A DNA stretch of 64,000 nucleotides from NCBI GenBank assembly GCA_043800705.1, contig JAZDMS010000023.1, forward strand, positions 65,584 through 129,583. The letters run 5' to 3'. The translations under genes were made by a program, and so were the position numbers. The notes beneath the pieces are model-generated. The model was not told the DNA's origin and made no database searches. It saw only the letters and a list, made by a program, of their open reading frames with translations. Position 1 is the first letter of the stretch. Each line of letters starts with the position of its first letter. Of this stretch, positions 51,011 through 61,462 are shown piece by piece. This DNA is from Candidatus Altiarchaeota archaeon. Its GTDB lineage: Archaea > Altiarchaeota > Altiarchaeia > IMC4 > SCGC-AAA252-I15.

Positions 51011-51771
51011 CCTATGCCCCTCAGACAAGCGAGCGCCTTATCAAAGTGCCTGCCCACCTGGCTCGGCTTATGCGCATCCGAACCGAGGGTAATCCCTATG
51101 TCCAGTTCATGAGCTCTCCTGAGGACGTCCTCGGACGGATACATGTCGCCGGCCGGCTTGTCGAACCCTGAAGTGTTGACTTCGAGGATGAGGCCCTTCA
51201 TCCTTATGAGCTGAAGCGTCCGCTCAATGCCCGAGGCGAATGCCTCATTATCCCCCCTGAAGTATTTCCCGCCGCCGTTGAACTTCTTGATCAGGTCGAG
51301 GTGGGCCACGACGTCTACGGCATCCGACTTGACTAGTCCTTGGACGAGGCGGAAATATTCGCCAATACATCTGTCGATGTCCCCTCCGAATTGTCTCCTC
51401 AGCCCTTCGGCAAACACCTCGTCGGAGTAGTCGAAAACCCACCCGCCGATGAAGTGGACGGAGCCTATGACGTAATCCAGGCCCAAGCCCTTGAGGCTCT
51501 TCAACTCATCAGCATATCCGGGGATGTAGTCCACCTCGGTCCCGGCCAGAACGTTCGGGCCGCGGGCTGCCTTGAGCTCGGACAGGTATCCTGCAAGGGA
51601 CTCCCGTTTCATGGCACAATCCCCGACCGGGTCCTTGAATCCCTCGGGCAGCGGATAATGCTCCGAGAACCCGATGACGGAAATCCCCTTCGCCTTCGCG
51701 GCCTTGACATACTCCGACACCTCCCCCTCGGCATGCGGGCAATGTTTAGTGTGTACATGGGTGTCTATCAT
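50953..51771 (-). CDS. Histidinol-phosphatase, PHP family (HisJ/HisK)
   Basis: DTHVHT..C.HA, FSEH.P, GSVH, AHLD, EVNTSG, GSDAH. Confidence 0.92.
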   Translation of the reverse strand: MIDTHVHTKHCPHAEGEVSEYVKAAKAKGISVIGFSEHYPLPEGFKDPVGDCAMKRESLAGYLSELKAARGPNVLAGTEVDYIPGYADELKSLKGLGLDYVIGSVHFIGGWVFDYSDEVFAEGLRRQFGGDIDRCIGEYFRLVQGLVKSDAVDVVAHLDLIKKFNGGGKYFRGDNEAFASGIERTLQLIRMKGLILEVNTSGFDKPAGDMYPSEDVLRRAHELDIGITLGSDAHKPSQVGRHFDKALACLRGIGYDRLCFFRGRNPDSVALV

Positions 51772-52826
51772 CTCAAGACTTCCCTTAGCATCTTCAAGAA
51801 GTGCTTCGTATCCTTCACGGTCCCGATGGAGACCCTGACGCACCCCCCAAGGAGGGGATAATCGCTCCTGTCCCTCACCAACACTCCCTTCTTCCCGAGC
51901 CTGGCCGTGATGTCCCCGGCCGCGTCGCCGAACCTCACAATGATGAAGTTCGCCGACGTGGGATAGACCATGAATCCCATATTCTCCAGACCTGCTATCA
52001 TAAGCGGCCTCGACTCCTCCATCACCTGCCTCGCATACTTCTCCACAGGCCTGCGGTTCCTTATCGCGGACACTATCGCCGTCTTCGCTATCATGTTGAC
52101 GTCATACGGCCCCCTGACTTTCATGAGCTCGCGGATGTTCCTCTCGTCAGAGATGACGAAGCCAGCCCTCAAGGCAGCCAGGCCGAAAGCCTTCGAAAAT
52201 GTCCTGGTGATGACGAGGTTATCGTATATCCCGACGAGGTCGACGGCGGACTCCCTGGAGAACTCGAAATACGTCTCGTCGACATAGACCGGGACGTCCT
52301 TGGCCTTCTCGAGTATCCTGACTATGTCCCCCCTTGCTATGGGTGTCCCGGTGGGGTTGTTGGGGTTGCATAAAATCACCAAGGCGGTCTTCTCGCAGAT
52401 GGCGTCCAACACCCGCTCGGTAGGGAAACTCAGATCCTCGTTGTAAAGCACCTTCCTGATGTCGGCGCCCTCGACCTGCGCCGCCTGATAGAACATCGCG
52501 AAGCTCGGCGTCGGTATGACGACCTCGTCACCCTTCTCGACATAGGCCCTGACGATGATGTCTATCCCCTGGTCGGAGCCGTTGGTGACCATGACCTGTC
52601 CGGGCTTCACGCCGAAGTACCCTGCCGAGACATCGACGAGGTCCCCGTACTCGGGGTAGACATGCAGCCTGCCCTCCTTGACGAATTTGACGACGTCCTT
52701 GACGACGTTCGGGTGACAGCCGATAGTGCTCTCGTTGAAGTCGTACCTGTGCTTGAACTTCGCCCTCCCCTCGATGGGCGGGCAATACGGCTTCATCCCC
52801 GAAATCTGCTCCTTGGGCTTGATCAT
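51768..52826 (-). CDS. hisC: Histidinol-phosphate aminotransferase
   Basis: FNE, NGSD, CNPNNPTG, VDE.Y.EF, RTFSKAFGLA.LR. Confidence 0.95.
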   Translation of the reverse strand: MIKPKEQISGMKPYCPPIEGRAKFKHRYDFNESTIGCHPNVVKDVVKFVKEGRLHVYPEYGDLVDVSAGYFGVKPGQVMVTNGSDQGIDIIVRAYVEKGDEVVIPTPSFAMFYQAAQVEGADIRKVLYNEDLSFPTERVLDAICEKTALVILCNPNNPTGTPIARGDIVRILEKAKDVPVYVDETYFEFSRESAVDLVGIYDNLVITRTFSKAFGLAALRAGFVISDERNIRELMKVRGPYDVNMIAKTAIVSAIRNRRPVEKYARQVMEESRPLMIAGLENMGFMVYPTSANFIIVRFGDAAGDITARLGKKGVLVRDRSDYPLLGGCVRVSIGTVKDTKHFLKMLREVLR

Positions 52827-52909
52827 ACTTTCACCTGACTAAAATGAACGAAGGCTGAAATTAAAACCAAAAAATGCCGACTTATATCCCCACTACCTAA
52901 ATCTCCACC

Positions 52910-53818
52910 ATGGAGATAACCTTCCTCGGCACATCAGGCACAATCCCAACCGAAAAACGCGGACTATCCGCCGTCCACCTCAACTACATGGGGCAGCCGA
53001 TGCTTTTCGACTGCGGGGAGGGGACCCAGCGCCAGATGCGCCTCGCAGGACTAAACTTCATGAGCATCGACAACATATACCTCACCCACCTGCACGCAGA
53101 CCACTTCCTCGGCCTCGGCGGGATGCTGCAGAGCATGGACTTCCTCGAGCGAAAACCCCCCCTCACGATCCACGGCCCGCCGGGAACCAAGGAGACCATC
53201 GAAAAGCTCCTGACGCTCGGGACGTTCCAATTGGACTACCTCATCGTCAAGACGAACGAAGTCCAGGAAGGCCTCGTCCACAGGGGGGATAGATACTCGG
53301 TGACCTGCGCGAAGACCGCGCACACGAAATACAGCGTCGCATACTGCTTCACAGAAGACCCACACAGGAAATTCGACAAACCCAAGGCGCTCGCCCTCGG
53401 CGTACCCGAAAGCCGCCTGTTCTCGAAACTCCAAAACGGAGAATCCGTCGAAGTCAAAGGAAATACGATAACCCCCGACATGGTCCTCATGGACCCCATA
53501 CCCGGCAGAAAGGTCGTCTACACCGGCGACACACGGCCCTGCAGGGCGGTAGAGGAACTGGCGAAGGGGGCGGACATACTAATACACGAATGCATGTTCA
53601 GCCACGAAGACCTCGAAGACGTCAAAGACATGGCACACAGCACCACCAAACAGGCCGCAGAGATAGCGAAGAACGCGGGCGTCAAGAGGCTCTACCTCAC
53701 CCACATCAGCCAAAGGTACACAGAACCTGAGAAACTCCAGGCCGAAGCCAGGGAAGTCTTCCCCGAATCCTACATAGCCGAAGACTTCATGAAAGTGCGG
53801 GTGGAGAAGCATTGGTAG
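52910..53818 (+). CDS. rnz: Ribonuclease Z
   Basis: FLGTSG..PT..R, FDCGEGTQ, THLHADH, YTGDT.P, HE, HST, LTHISQRY. Confidence 0.96.
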   Translation: MEITFLGTSGTIPTEKRGLSAVHLNYMGQPMLFDCGEGTQRQMRLAGLNFMSIDNIYLTHLHADHFLGLGGMLQSMDFLERKPPLTIHGPPGTKETIEKLLTLGTFQLDYLIVKTNEVQEGLVHRGDRYSVTCAKTAHTKYSVAYCFTEDPHRKFDKPKALALGVPESRLFSKLQNGESVEVKGNTITPDMVLMDPIPGRKVVYTGDTRPCRAVEELAKGADILIHECMFSHEDLEDVKDMAHSTTKQAAEIAKNAGVKRLYLTHISQRYTEPEKLQAEAREVFPESYIAEDFMKVRVEKHW

Positions 53819-53878
53819 ACTTCAGAGTCATCGAGGCCACGGGCCGAAGATGGCTCCTTCGCGAACCTTATAAGGTTC

Positions 53879-53918
53879 AGCCGAAGACTTCATTAAAGTC
53901 AAAATAGACAAACACTGG
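53879..53918 (+). repeat. Displaced copy of the rnz 3' end
   Basis: AGCCGAAGACTTCAT identical at 53776-53790 and 53879-53893; AEDFIKVKIDKHW versus AEDFMKVRVEKHW. Confidence 0.85.
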
Positions 53919-53998
53919 TTATGGGGGCAGGAACCCATCAGGCCAAGAGAAACCGCATCGGGCCTTTTTATTCCTCGCCATACCTAATTATAAAAACC

Positions 53999-54071
53999 GG
54001 GACCATGGGGTAGCTTGGTATCCTTCTAGCTTTGGGAGCTAGTGACCTGCGTTCAAATCGCAGTGGTCCCA
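53999..54071 (+). tRNA. tRNA-Pro(TGG), no intron
   Basis: GGGACCA/TGGTCCC acceptor, CTAGC-TTTGGGA-GCTAG, GTTCAAATC. Confidence 0.95.
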
Positions 54072-54109
54072 TAATTTAGCTTTTTTATCCCCTATTCTAA
54101 TAATTTCTC

Positions 54110-54793
54110 ATGGACAGCCGGCTTTCCACTGGGATCAAGGGCTTGGACGAACTTATTGAAGGCGGCCTGAAGCCGAAGAGCATCAACCTGGTCATGGGCG
54201 AATCCGGCAGCGGCAAATCGACTTTCGCCGTCAACTTCCTCAAAGCCGGAGCCGACAAGGGCGAAGCCGGCCTCTACGTCTCCGTTGAGGAACAGAAGGA
54301 CAAGTTCTACGAGAACATGAGCCGCTTCGGAATAGACCTGGCAAAAATGGAGGCGGAGAAAACATTTGTTTTCCACAAGGCTTCGATTCCGGAGGTAAGG
54401 AACTTTCTCGACCAGGGGATGGTCAGCTTCGAACAATACTTCAAAACACACAACCTCAAGCGGGTCGTCATCGACAGCATGACCGCCCTCATGCTGGCAT
54501 ACAGCGCCGAGACGTCTCAGAGAAACTCACTCCTCCTGCTTTTCGAACTCCTATCAAAGTGGGAGGTAACGGTCCTCGTCACGAGCGAAGTCGAAGGAGA
54601 CGAGGCCCGATTTGGCCTCCAGTACCTGGTCGACACTGTATTCAGGCTATACTACCGCAAGGTAGGCCAGGAGCGGGTCAGGACCCTCGAAGTCATGAAG
54701 ATGAGGGGCACAGACCACAGCAAGCAGGAAATCGTCTACCGCATAGGGAAAGGCGGAATAATCCTATACCCCACGGAGAAAATACTCGTCTGA
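54110..54793 (+). CDS. Single-domain KaiC/RAD55-like ATPase
   Basis: STGI.GLD....GG, GESGSGKS, S.EE, RVVIDS, R.LEV.KMRGT.H. Confidence 0.92.
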   Translation: MDSRLSTGIKGLDELIEGGLKPKSINLVMGESGSGKSTFAVNFLKAGADKGEAGLYVSVEEQKDKFYENMSRFGIDLAKMEAEKTFVFHKASIPEVRNFLDQGMVSFEQYFKTHNLKRVVIDSMTALMLAYSAETSQRNSLLLLFELLSKWEVTVLVTSEVEGDEARFGLQYLVDTVFRLYYRKVGQERVRTLEVMKMRGTDHSKQEIVYRIGKGGIILYPTEKILV

Positions 54794-54832
54794 GGGAAAA
54801 AATAATCGGAATGTGCATTTTTATTATTATGA

Positions 54833-55045
54833 TTGTCGATAGATACCCCGGCCGGGCCGATTCCTTTAAGTCAACCTAAAATCGCACAAAATGCGGGAGC
54901 GGGAAAGATAATCGTCACCCCTGAAGGCAACCAACCGGACCTCAAAGCCGACGCATTTGCACCCCGGCATGTGACCGAAAATAACATACAAGCCCTATTG
55001 GCTCTCGTCCGCCAGCTTGAAGGCCCGCAGAGACACACCGTTTGA
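54833..55045 (+). CDS. Possible small hypothetical protein
   Basis: ORF fills the gap; non-ATG start. Confidence 0.3.
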   Translation: MSIDTPAGPIPLSQPKIAQNAGAGKIIVTPEGNQPDLKADAFAPRHVTENNIQALLALVRQLEGPQRHTV

Positions 55046-55052
55046 TATGGGA

Positions 55053-55700
55053 TTATTTTAGAATCGTCGTGACGTCCTGTATCACGTCCGTCTTTGTTAT
55101 GACTGTCAGGATGTCGTCCTTCTTCAGTATCGTGTTGTCGTCGGCTATGATAACCTCCCCTTTCCTGTAGACGACGCCAATCAATGCGCCGAACGGGAGA
55201 CCGACGTCCTTCACCTTCCTGTTGTCCAATCTCTCGTTGGTGAGTTTGATCTCGACGACTTCGGCGTTCCCGCCCGCGATGCTTATCATGCTTCTGCCCT
55301 TGTCCTTCGTCAGGGCGTTTTTTATCTGGCTGACCGCCGCGGAGACGATGCTTATAGCCGCAGTGATCTCGAGGCCTATGTAGAGGTCCTTCTTGTCAGG
55401 CTCGTTCACTCTCGCAACGATCTTCGCCACCTTGAACCTCTTAAGGATTTGGCAGATCGTCAAATTGGTGTTGTCGTCGGCGGTCAGGACCGCGACGGCG
55501 TCAGCCCGCTCGACGCCGGCATCCTTCAGCATCTCAGTGCTCGACCCATCCCCGTGGATGACTATTGCGTCGATGGATTCCGCGAGGAACTTGCTCCTTT
55601 CATCGTCCTTCTCGATGATGACGAGTTCATGGCCTTCGCTTATCAGGTGGTTCACGAGGGATTTGCCGATATTGCCACAGCCGATGACGATAACGTACAT
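55053..55700 (-). CDS. trkA: TrkA family potassium uptake regulatory protein
   Basis: IGCGNIG, GDG....L..AG, T.DD..N, RCK-C domain. Confidence 0.92.
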   Translation of the reverse strand: MYVIVIGCGNIGKSLVNHLISEGHELVIIEKDDERSKFLAESIDAIVIHGDGSSTEMLKDAGVERADAVAVLTADDNTNLTICQILKRFKVAKIVARVNEPDKKDLYIGLEITAAISIVSAAVSQIKNALTKDKGRSMISIAGGNAEVVEIKLTNERLDNRKVKDVGLPFGALIGVVYRKGEVIIADDNTILKKDDILTVITKTDVIQDVTTILK

Positions 55701-55776
55701 TTTTTTAACAGTTTAGAGTATAGCCGCGGCAGCTATAAATACCGCTTATAACCGCGGAAAAACATATCATACCTCG

Positions 55777-56625
55777 ATGAAGACGTCGGAGATACTGGTA
55801 GACGCCATCGGTTACGTGCGGAGATTCTGCGGCGAAATATTCGTCATAAAAATCGGCGGCGAAGCCCTCCTGGACAAGGACGTCGTCGACTCCGTCGCAC
55901 AGGACCTCATACTCCTGAACGCGCTCAACATCAAGACCGTAGTCGTCCACGGGGGCGGCGTCGAGATATCCCAAGCCATGGAAAAGTTCGGCAAGAAGCC
56001 GACATTCGTCCGCGGCCTCAGGGTCACTGACCAGGAGACGATGGACATCGTCGAGATGGTGATGACCGGGAAGGTCAAGCAGGAACTGACGTCGCGGATA
56101 CAGAAACACGGCGGACAGGCTGTCGGGCTTTCCGGCAAATACGGCAAGCTTTTCGAAGCCGTGAAAAAGAAAGGAAAAGTAGACCTCGGCCTCGTGGGAG
56201 AGGTCAAGAAGGTGAACCCGAAGGTCGTCATGACTCAGCTAGATGGGGGATACATACCCGTAATTTCGCCGATAGGATTCGCACCAGACGGGAGCAGCCT
56301 CAACATCAACGCAGACACCGCCGCATCGGAGCTGGCGATAGCCCTAGTGGCGAGCAAGCTCATAGTCCTAACCAACGTCGACGGAGTATTGGACAAGAAT
56401 AAGAGCCTCATTAAGCGCCTCACCGCGGCCGATGCCAAAAAACTCATAGGAAACGGAATCATCTCCGAAGGCATGATACCAAAGGTCGAGTCCTGCGTCA
56501 AGGCACTGAAAGGCGGTATCGCAAGGACCCACATAGTGAAGGCATCCACCCACGCAGTCCTTGAGGAGATACTGACGACGACAGGCACAGGGACGATGAT
56601 CACCCTAAAAAAAGCCGCAGACTGA
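55777..56625 (+). CDS. argB: Acetylglutamate kinase
   Basis: VIKIGG, VVVHGGG, GLRVTD, NINADT.A, LTNVDG, GMIPK, GTGT. Confidence 0.96.
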   Translation: MKTSEILVDAIGYVRRFCGEIFVIKIGGEALLDKDVVDSVAQDLILLNALNIKTVVVHGGGVEISQAMEKFGKKPTFVRGLRVTDQETMDIVEMVMTGKVKQELTSRIQKHGGQAVGLSGKYGKLFEAVKKKGKVDLGLVGEVKKVNPKVVMTQLDGGYIPVISPIGFAPDGSSLNINADTAASELAIALVASKLIVLTNVDGVLDKNKSLIKRLTAADAKKLIGNGIISEGMIPKVESCVKALKGGIARTHIVKASTHAVLEEILTTTGTGTMITLKKAAD

Positions 56626-56627
56626 CA

Positions 56628-56885
56628 ATGGAATTCAAACCATACGTCATCGAACTCGAGAACGCCAACCTAGTCCTACTCAAAGCGAAAAACGGATACG
56701 TCATGTGCGGCCTACTCAACATCGAAACTGCGGAGAGGCTCGGGCAGGCGGCAGCCATCGTCACAGCAGTCAAGAGCGCCGAAGACGCATTGAAGGCGAA
56801 AATAAAATCTGCAACGACCGCGGCCATGAAACTCGGAGTCAAAGAAGGGATGAGCGGGGAAGAAGCCATTAAAAAGATGTCCTGA
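56628..56885 (+). CDS. YunC/DUF1805 family protein
   Basis: GYVMCG.LN, AA.V..V, A..LGV..GM.G.EA. Confidence 0.85.
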   Translation: MEFKPYVIELENANLVLLKAKNGYVMCGLLNIETAERLGQAAAIVTAVKSAEDALKAKIKSATTAAMKLGVKEGMSGEEAIKKMS

Positions 56886-56886
56886 C

Positions 56887-57789
56887 ATGGAACTAAGAAA
56901 GTTTTTAACGAGCGATGTCGTAACGATCGGGTCAAAGGCGACTCTGCTCGAAGTCGCCACATTGATGACCAGAAAAAACATCAGCTCAATCATCGTGGCA
57001 GACGAAGGCGTAGTCTCCGGGATAATCACAGAACGGGACTTCCTACACCTTGTCAAGGACGGCAAGAACCAGACAGAGATGATAGCAAAGGACCTAATGA
57101 GTTCTCCAGTCATCACAGCTGACATAAAAATAACCGTCGAGGAAGCCGCGACTTTAATGCACGACAAAGGCATCCGGCAACTGCCAATAACCGAGGACGG
57201 CACACTGGCTGGGATAATAACGGAGACCGACATAGCGAACGCGATAAGGACCGTCCAACATGACGTCGAGATCGCCCTAGAGGAAACGATAGTCGAAACC
57301 CCGATGACCCACAACCTCGAGTTCGGAAAAACATATCTCTACCTGGAGCCTAAACCCGGCAATAGCATAAGCGCATTCGTTGACCTGGTAAAGCACGGAA
57401 CTGCAGGCCTCCTGATAACCAGACGGGATCCCGCACTTATCGCAGGCGAATGGGGCATCGACAAGATTCCAATGCTCTGGCTCACCGACACCAGCCCCCC
57501 ATGCCACCACGCAGACCCGCACAACGTACAGGGGATCTCGATCCTTGTCAGCAACTACCTCTCCCAGGCGTGCAAAACGGTGCTGATGATGGACGGGATA
57601 TCCTATCTCATCACCCAAAACAGATTCGAGACCGTCCTAAACCTGATCCAAAACGTACACGACAAGGCGGTAAGCTCCAAGTCCATATTCATCCTCTCGC
57701 TCAATCCGGAAACCCTGACCAAGCAGGAACTGGAACTGATAAAGCAGGAGACCGACGAGACGGTCCGTCGGCTAGGACCCTCCCTATAA
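56887..57789 (+). CDS. CBS-pair plus DUF835 domain protein
   Basis: GIITERD and GIITETD CBS motifs; GLLITR..P, LWLT, DGI.YL...N.F. Confidence 0.85.
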   Translation: MELRKFLTSDVVTIGSKATLLEVATLMTRKNISSIIVADEGVVSGIITERDFLHLVKDGKNQTEMIAKDLMSSPVITADIKITVEEAATLMHDKGIRQLPITEDGTLAGIITETDIANAIRTVQHDVEIALEETIVETPMTHNLEFGKTYLYLEPKPGNSISAFVDLVKHGTAGLLITRRDPALIAGEWGIDKIPMLWLTDTSPPCHHADPHNVQGISILVSNYLSQACKTVLMMDGISYLITQNRFETVLNLIQNVHDKAVSSKSIFILSLNPETLTKQELELIKQETDETVRRLGPSL

Positions 57790-57955
57790 AAATCGCACAT
57801 CTAAAAAATCGGCTGTATCCAAGCGGCCCCACGACTTGCACGGAGCATCACAGCCGGGACTCAACTTCGTCCGCCTCAGCAGCGGGCCACCGGCGGGCAC
57901 TTCTCGACCCCGCCCCCGCTTCTTTTAGGGGGAAGGTCAGAATTAAGAAGGCTTT

Positions 57956-58006
57956 TAGTTTTCAGTTTCCGGCTCTCTAGACCGAAAACCGTAAACTGAA
58001 AACTGG
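57956..58006. repeat. Inverted 7-nt-period repeat
   Basis: AGTTTTCAGTTT (57957-68) pairs with AAACTGAAAACT (57993-58004); units ACCGAAA ACCGTAA ACTGAAA. Confidence 0.65.
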
Positions 58007-58010
58007 GTGT

Positions 58011-58096
58011 TTTGGGCCGGGAGCGGAATCGCCGAAAACTGATTCACAGTTTTGGCGCGCTGGCTCCCTTCGGAGGCCGTCGTTGAATCCGCGTCA
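58011..58096 (-). repeat. Displaced copy of the tRNA-His 3' end with a 53-nt hairpin insert (58030-58082)
   Basis: TTTGGGCCGGGAGCGGAAT and TTGAATCCGCGTCA are contiguous at 58773-58805 but split here. Confidence 0.9.
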
Positions 58097-58666
58097 TTTT
58101 TTCCCAGATAAGAAGAACACAATCCAGCTTGATATGAAAACAAATATGGGTGCGGAAATGCATATTTCAAAAATTGGCAAACCCGTTCGCATGAAGATAA
58201 CCTCATAGCCCATAGAGAATATGTCTTTGCCATGGGATAAAATTGCCCCGCCCCCCGGAGAAATTGCCAAGACAAACACACCTAAACAACTTAATGCTGC
58301 CATCATACCTAATGTGATGGTTAGTATTACAGAGCTGATTATGGCAGGAGTCCTCCATTTTAATGCCTCTCGCTCAGATGATAGTATTATGTAGAACGAT
58401 AGCGTCATGATGATAAATTGGAAAAATAAAAATTCTAAAAAACTAATCATCGGCAAATTTGTCATGAAAATAAAAAACCTTCGGTCATGAGTAACAATCC
58501 ATAAAATTGCCTGAAACACATAAACCAGGATGAATATCCCGCATGTCGCAACTCCCCCCAGGACGGACATTATTATCTTTTTTTTCGGCCCTTTAATGTT
58601 ACTTTCTTCAACGCCTTGAACCATCATAACCTCATTGGGTAGCGGGATTAAATACTGATCGGTCAC
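58094..58666 (-). CDS. AT-rich membrane protein (cassette cargo)
   Basis: About 4 TMs; its TGA stop is the first 3 nt of the duplicated tRNA fragment. Confidence 0.65.
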   Translation of the reverse strand: MTDQYLIPLPNEVMMVQGVEESNIKGPKKKIIMSVLGGVATCGIFILVYVFQAILWIVTHDRRFFIFMTNLPMISFLEFLFFQFIIMTLSFYIILSSEREALKWRTPAIISSVILTITLGMMAALSCLGVFVLAISPGGGAILSHGKDIFSMGYEVIFMRTGLPIFEICISAPIFVFISSWIVFFLSGKK

Positions 58667-58776
58667 CTACGGCTATGATTAACTCAATTGTTTCATCACC
58701 CCTTAGAACAACCCTACAAGGAGATAATAGTCTATAGAACACAAGGATTCTACTACAGCTAGGAAAAAATGGTTTG

Positions 58777-58873
58777 GGCCGGGAGCGGAATTTGAATCCG
58801 CGTCACCGGATTGCTGCAGCCTGTTTGTGGCTGCCACAGTCCAGGAGGATAACCTAACTACCCCATCCCGGCC
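58777..58873 (-). tRNA. tRNA-His(GTG) with encoded G-1 and a 22-nt BHB intron (58812-58833)
   Basis: GCCGGGA/TCCCGGC acceptor, C discriminator, CTGT/GCAG central helix with 3-nt bulges. Confidence 0.93.
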
Positions 58874-59250
58874 ATTTTCTGTGCGGCTATCCTATAGGGC
58901 CGTTCAGGAATAAAACCTTCGTTAGGCGGGTGAGCCCATTTTCCCCCCGATTAGGCCCTTCATACTTCCTCATATAAATGTGCACTACGGCTCCGGGTTT
59001 TATTATAAGGGCGTACCGGTGGGTTTTTATAGTGGACATGCCTATATTATAGGGCGCGAAAATTAGCCTTTTCGCGTTAATTCAATCCAAAACTGAGACA
59101 ACCCCGAGTCTTTCGGGAAAGTGTCGATTTGGAAGCGCCTCACATAGATTTCTTGGACGCAGAAAGGTGGTGCCTAACGCACCCACTCCGAGTCTGGGTG
59201 TTGACCGTGAGGCATTATGAGGACAACACCCGCACGGGGGTTGTTTGATG

Positions 59251-59284
59251 TGTTCGAACGCTGGAATAGCTAAACTCGTGTGTG
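59251..59284 (+). other. 5' strand of the 16S processing stem (BHB with 60863-60897)
   Basis: TGGAAT-AGCT-AAA-CTCGTGTGTG pairs with CGCACACGAG-GGTT-AAA-ACTCCA. Confidence 0.75.
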
Positions 59285-59330
59285 AGAAAAACATCCACGA
59301 CAATTCCATATATCAGCGATACGTACCATA

Positions 59331-60819
<1,489 letters not shown>

Positions 60820-61022
60820 AGAAACCAAATAAGGTTCAAAAGGAGTGGAATTCCGTGCCCACCGCACACGAGGGTTAAAACTCCACGCGCTCGAACAAAC
60901 ATTTTGGGACCCGTAGGGGGGACCAGGTTATCGGACTCTACGACTCCAGAGACACCCTCCGAAGGGATGGGTCAGGAGGAACTTGGAACTGGGGGGAACC
61001 GTAGGTTCCCCGCGGTTCAGAT

Positions 61023-61185
61023 GGGCTCGTAGATCCGTCCGGTAGGTCGCCCGCTTTGCAAGAGCCTTTTTCTTTCTTCAAAAGAAAGAAAAACGCTCGC
61101 GAAAAAGAAAGAACACGTTCTTCTTTTTCAAGAAAAAAAGCTCCAAAACAGCGGGAGGCCTCGGGTTCAAATCCCGACGAGTCCA
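61023..61185 (+). tRNA. tRNA-Ala(TGC) in the rRNA spacer, with an 89-nt BHB intron (61061-61149)
   Basis: GGGCTCG/CGAGTCC with G3:U70; TTTG/CAAA central helix, bulges CA|A and AC|A, outer GAGC/GCTC. Confidence 0.93.
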
Positions 61186-61192
61186 TTCAACC

Positions 61193-61242
61193 TTTTCTTT
61201 CTTTTGATAAAAGAAAGAAAATGTTGATGAAAAGAAAGAAAA
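61193..61242. repeat. TTTTCTTTCTTTT/AAAAGAAAGAAAA hairpin plus a third purine arm
   Basis: Perfect 13-bp stem with GAT loop; the same motif occurs in the tRNA-Ala intron. Confidence 0.8.
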
Positions 61243-61462
61243 TTGTGCCGTCTTCGACGGCACTGACAAAATCACGTTCATCCCTTAAAAGATGATTCGG
61301 GGCCTTATGGTTCCGAGCTTGAAGCATGTTGGCGCACGCTGTCATGTGGAGAAACCTTTGATTTGATTTAATTTTCAGTCTCATCAGAGGTGGTGTAGGA
61401 AGGAATGGAATTCAGACAATTGAATTCATAGAGAGAGTGAGCATTTGGCTCGCCACAAAAAT

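Noticed and set aside
58030-58082. T-loop insert read as a non-canonical 58/59 tRNA intron
   Set aside because: No BHB central helix forms and the copy lacks the 5' two-thirds of the tRNA.
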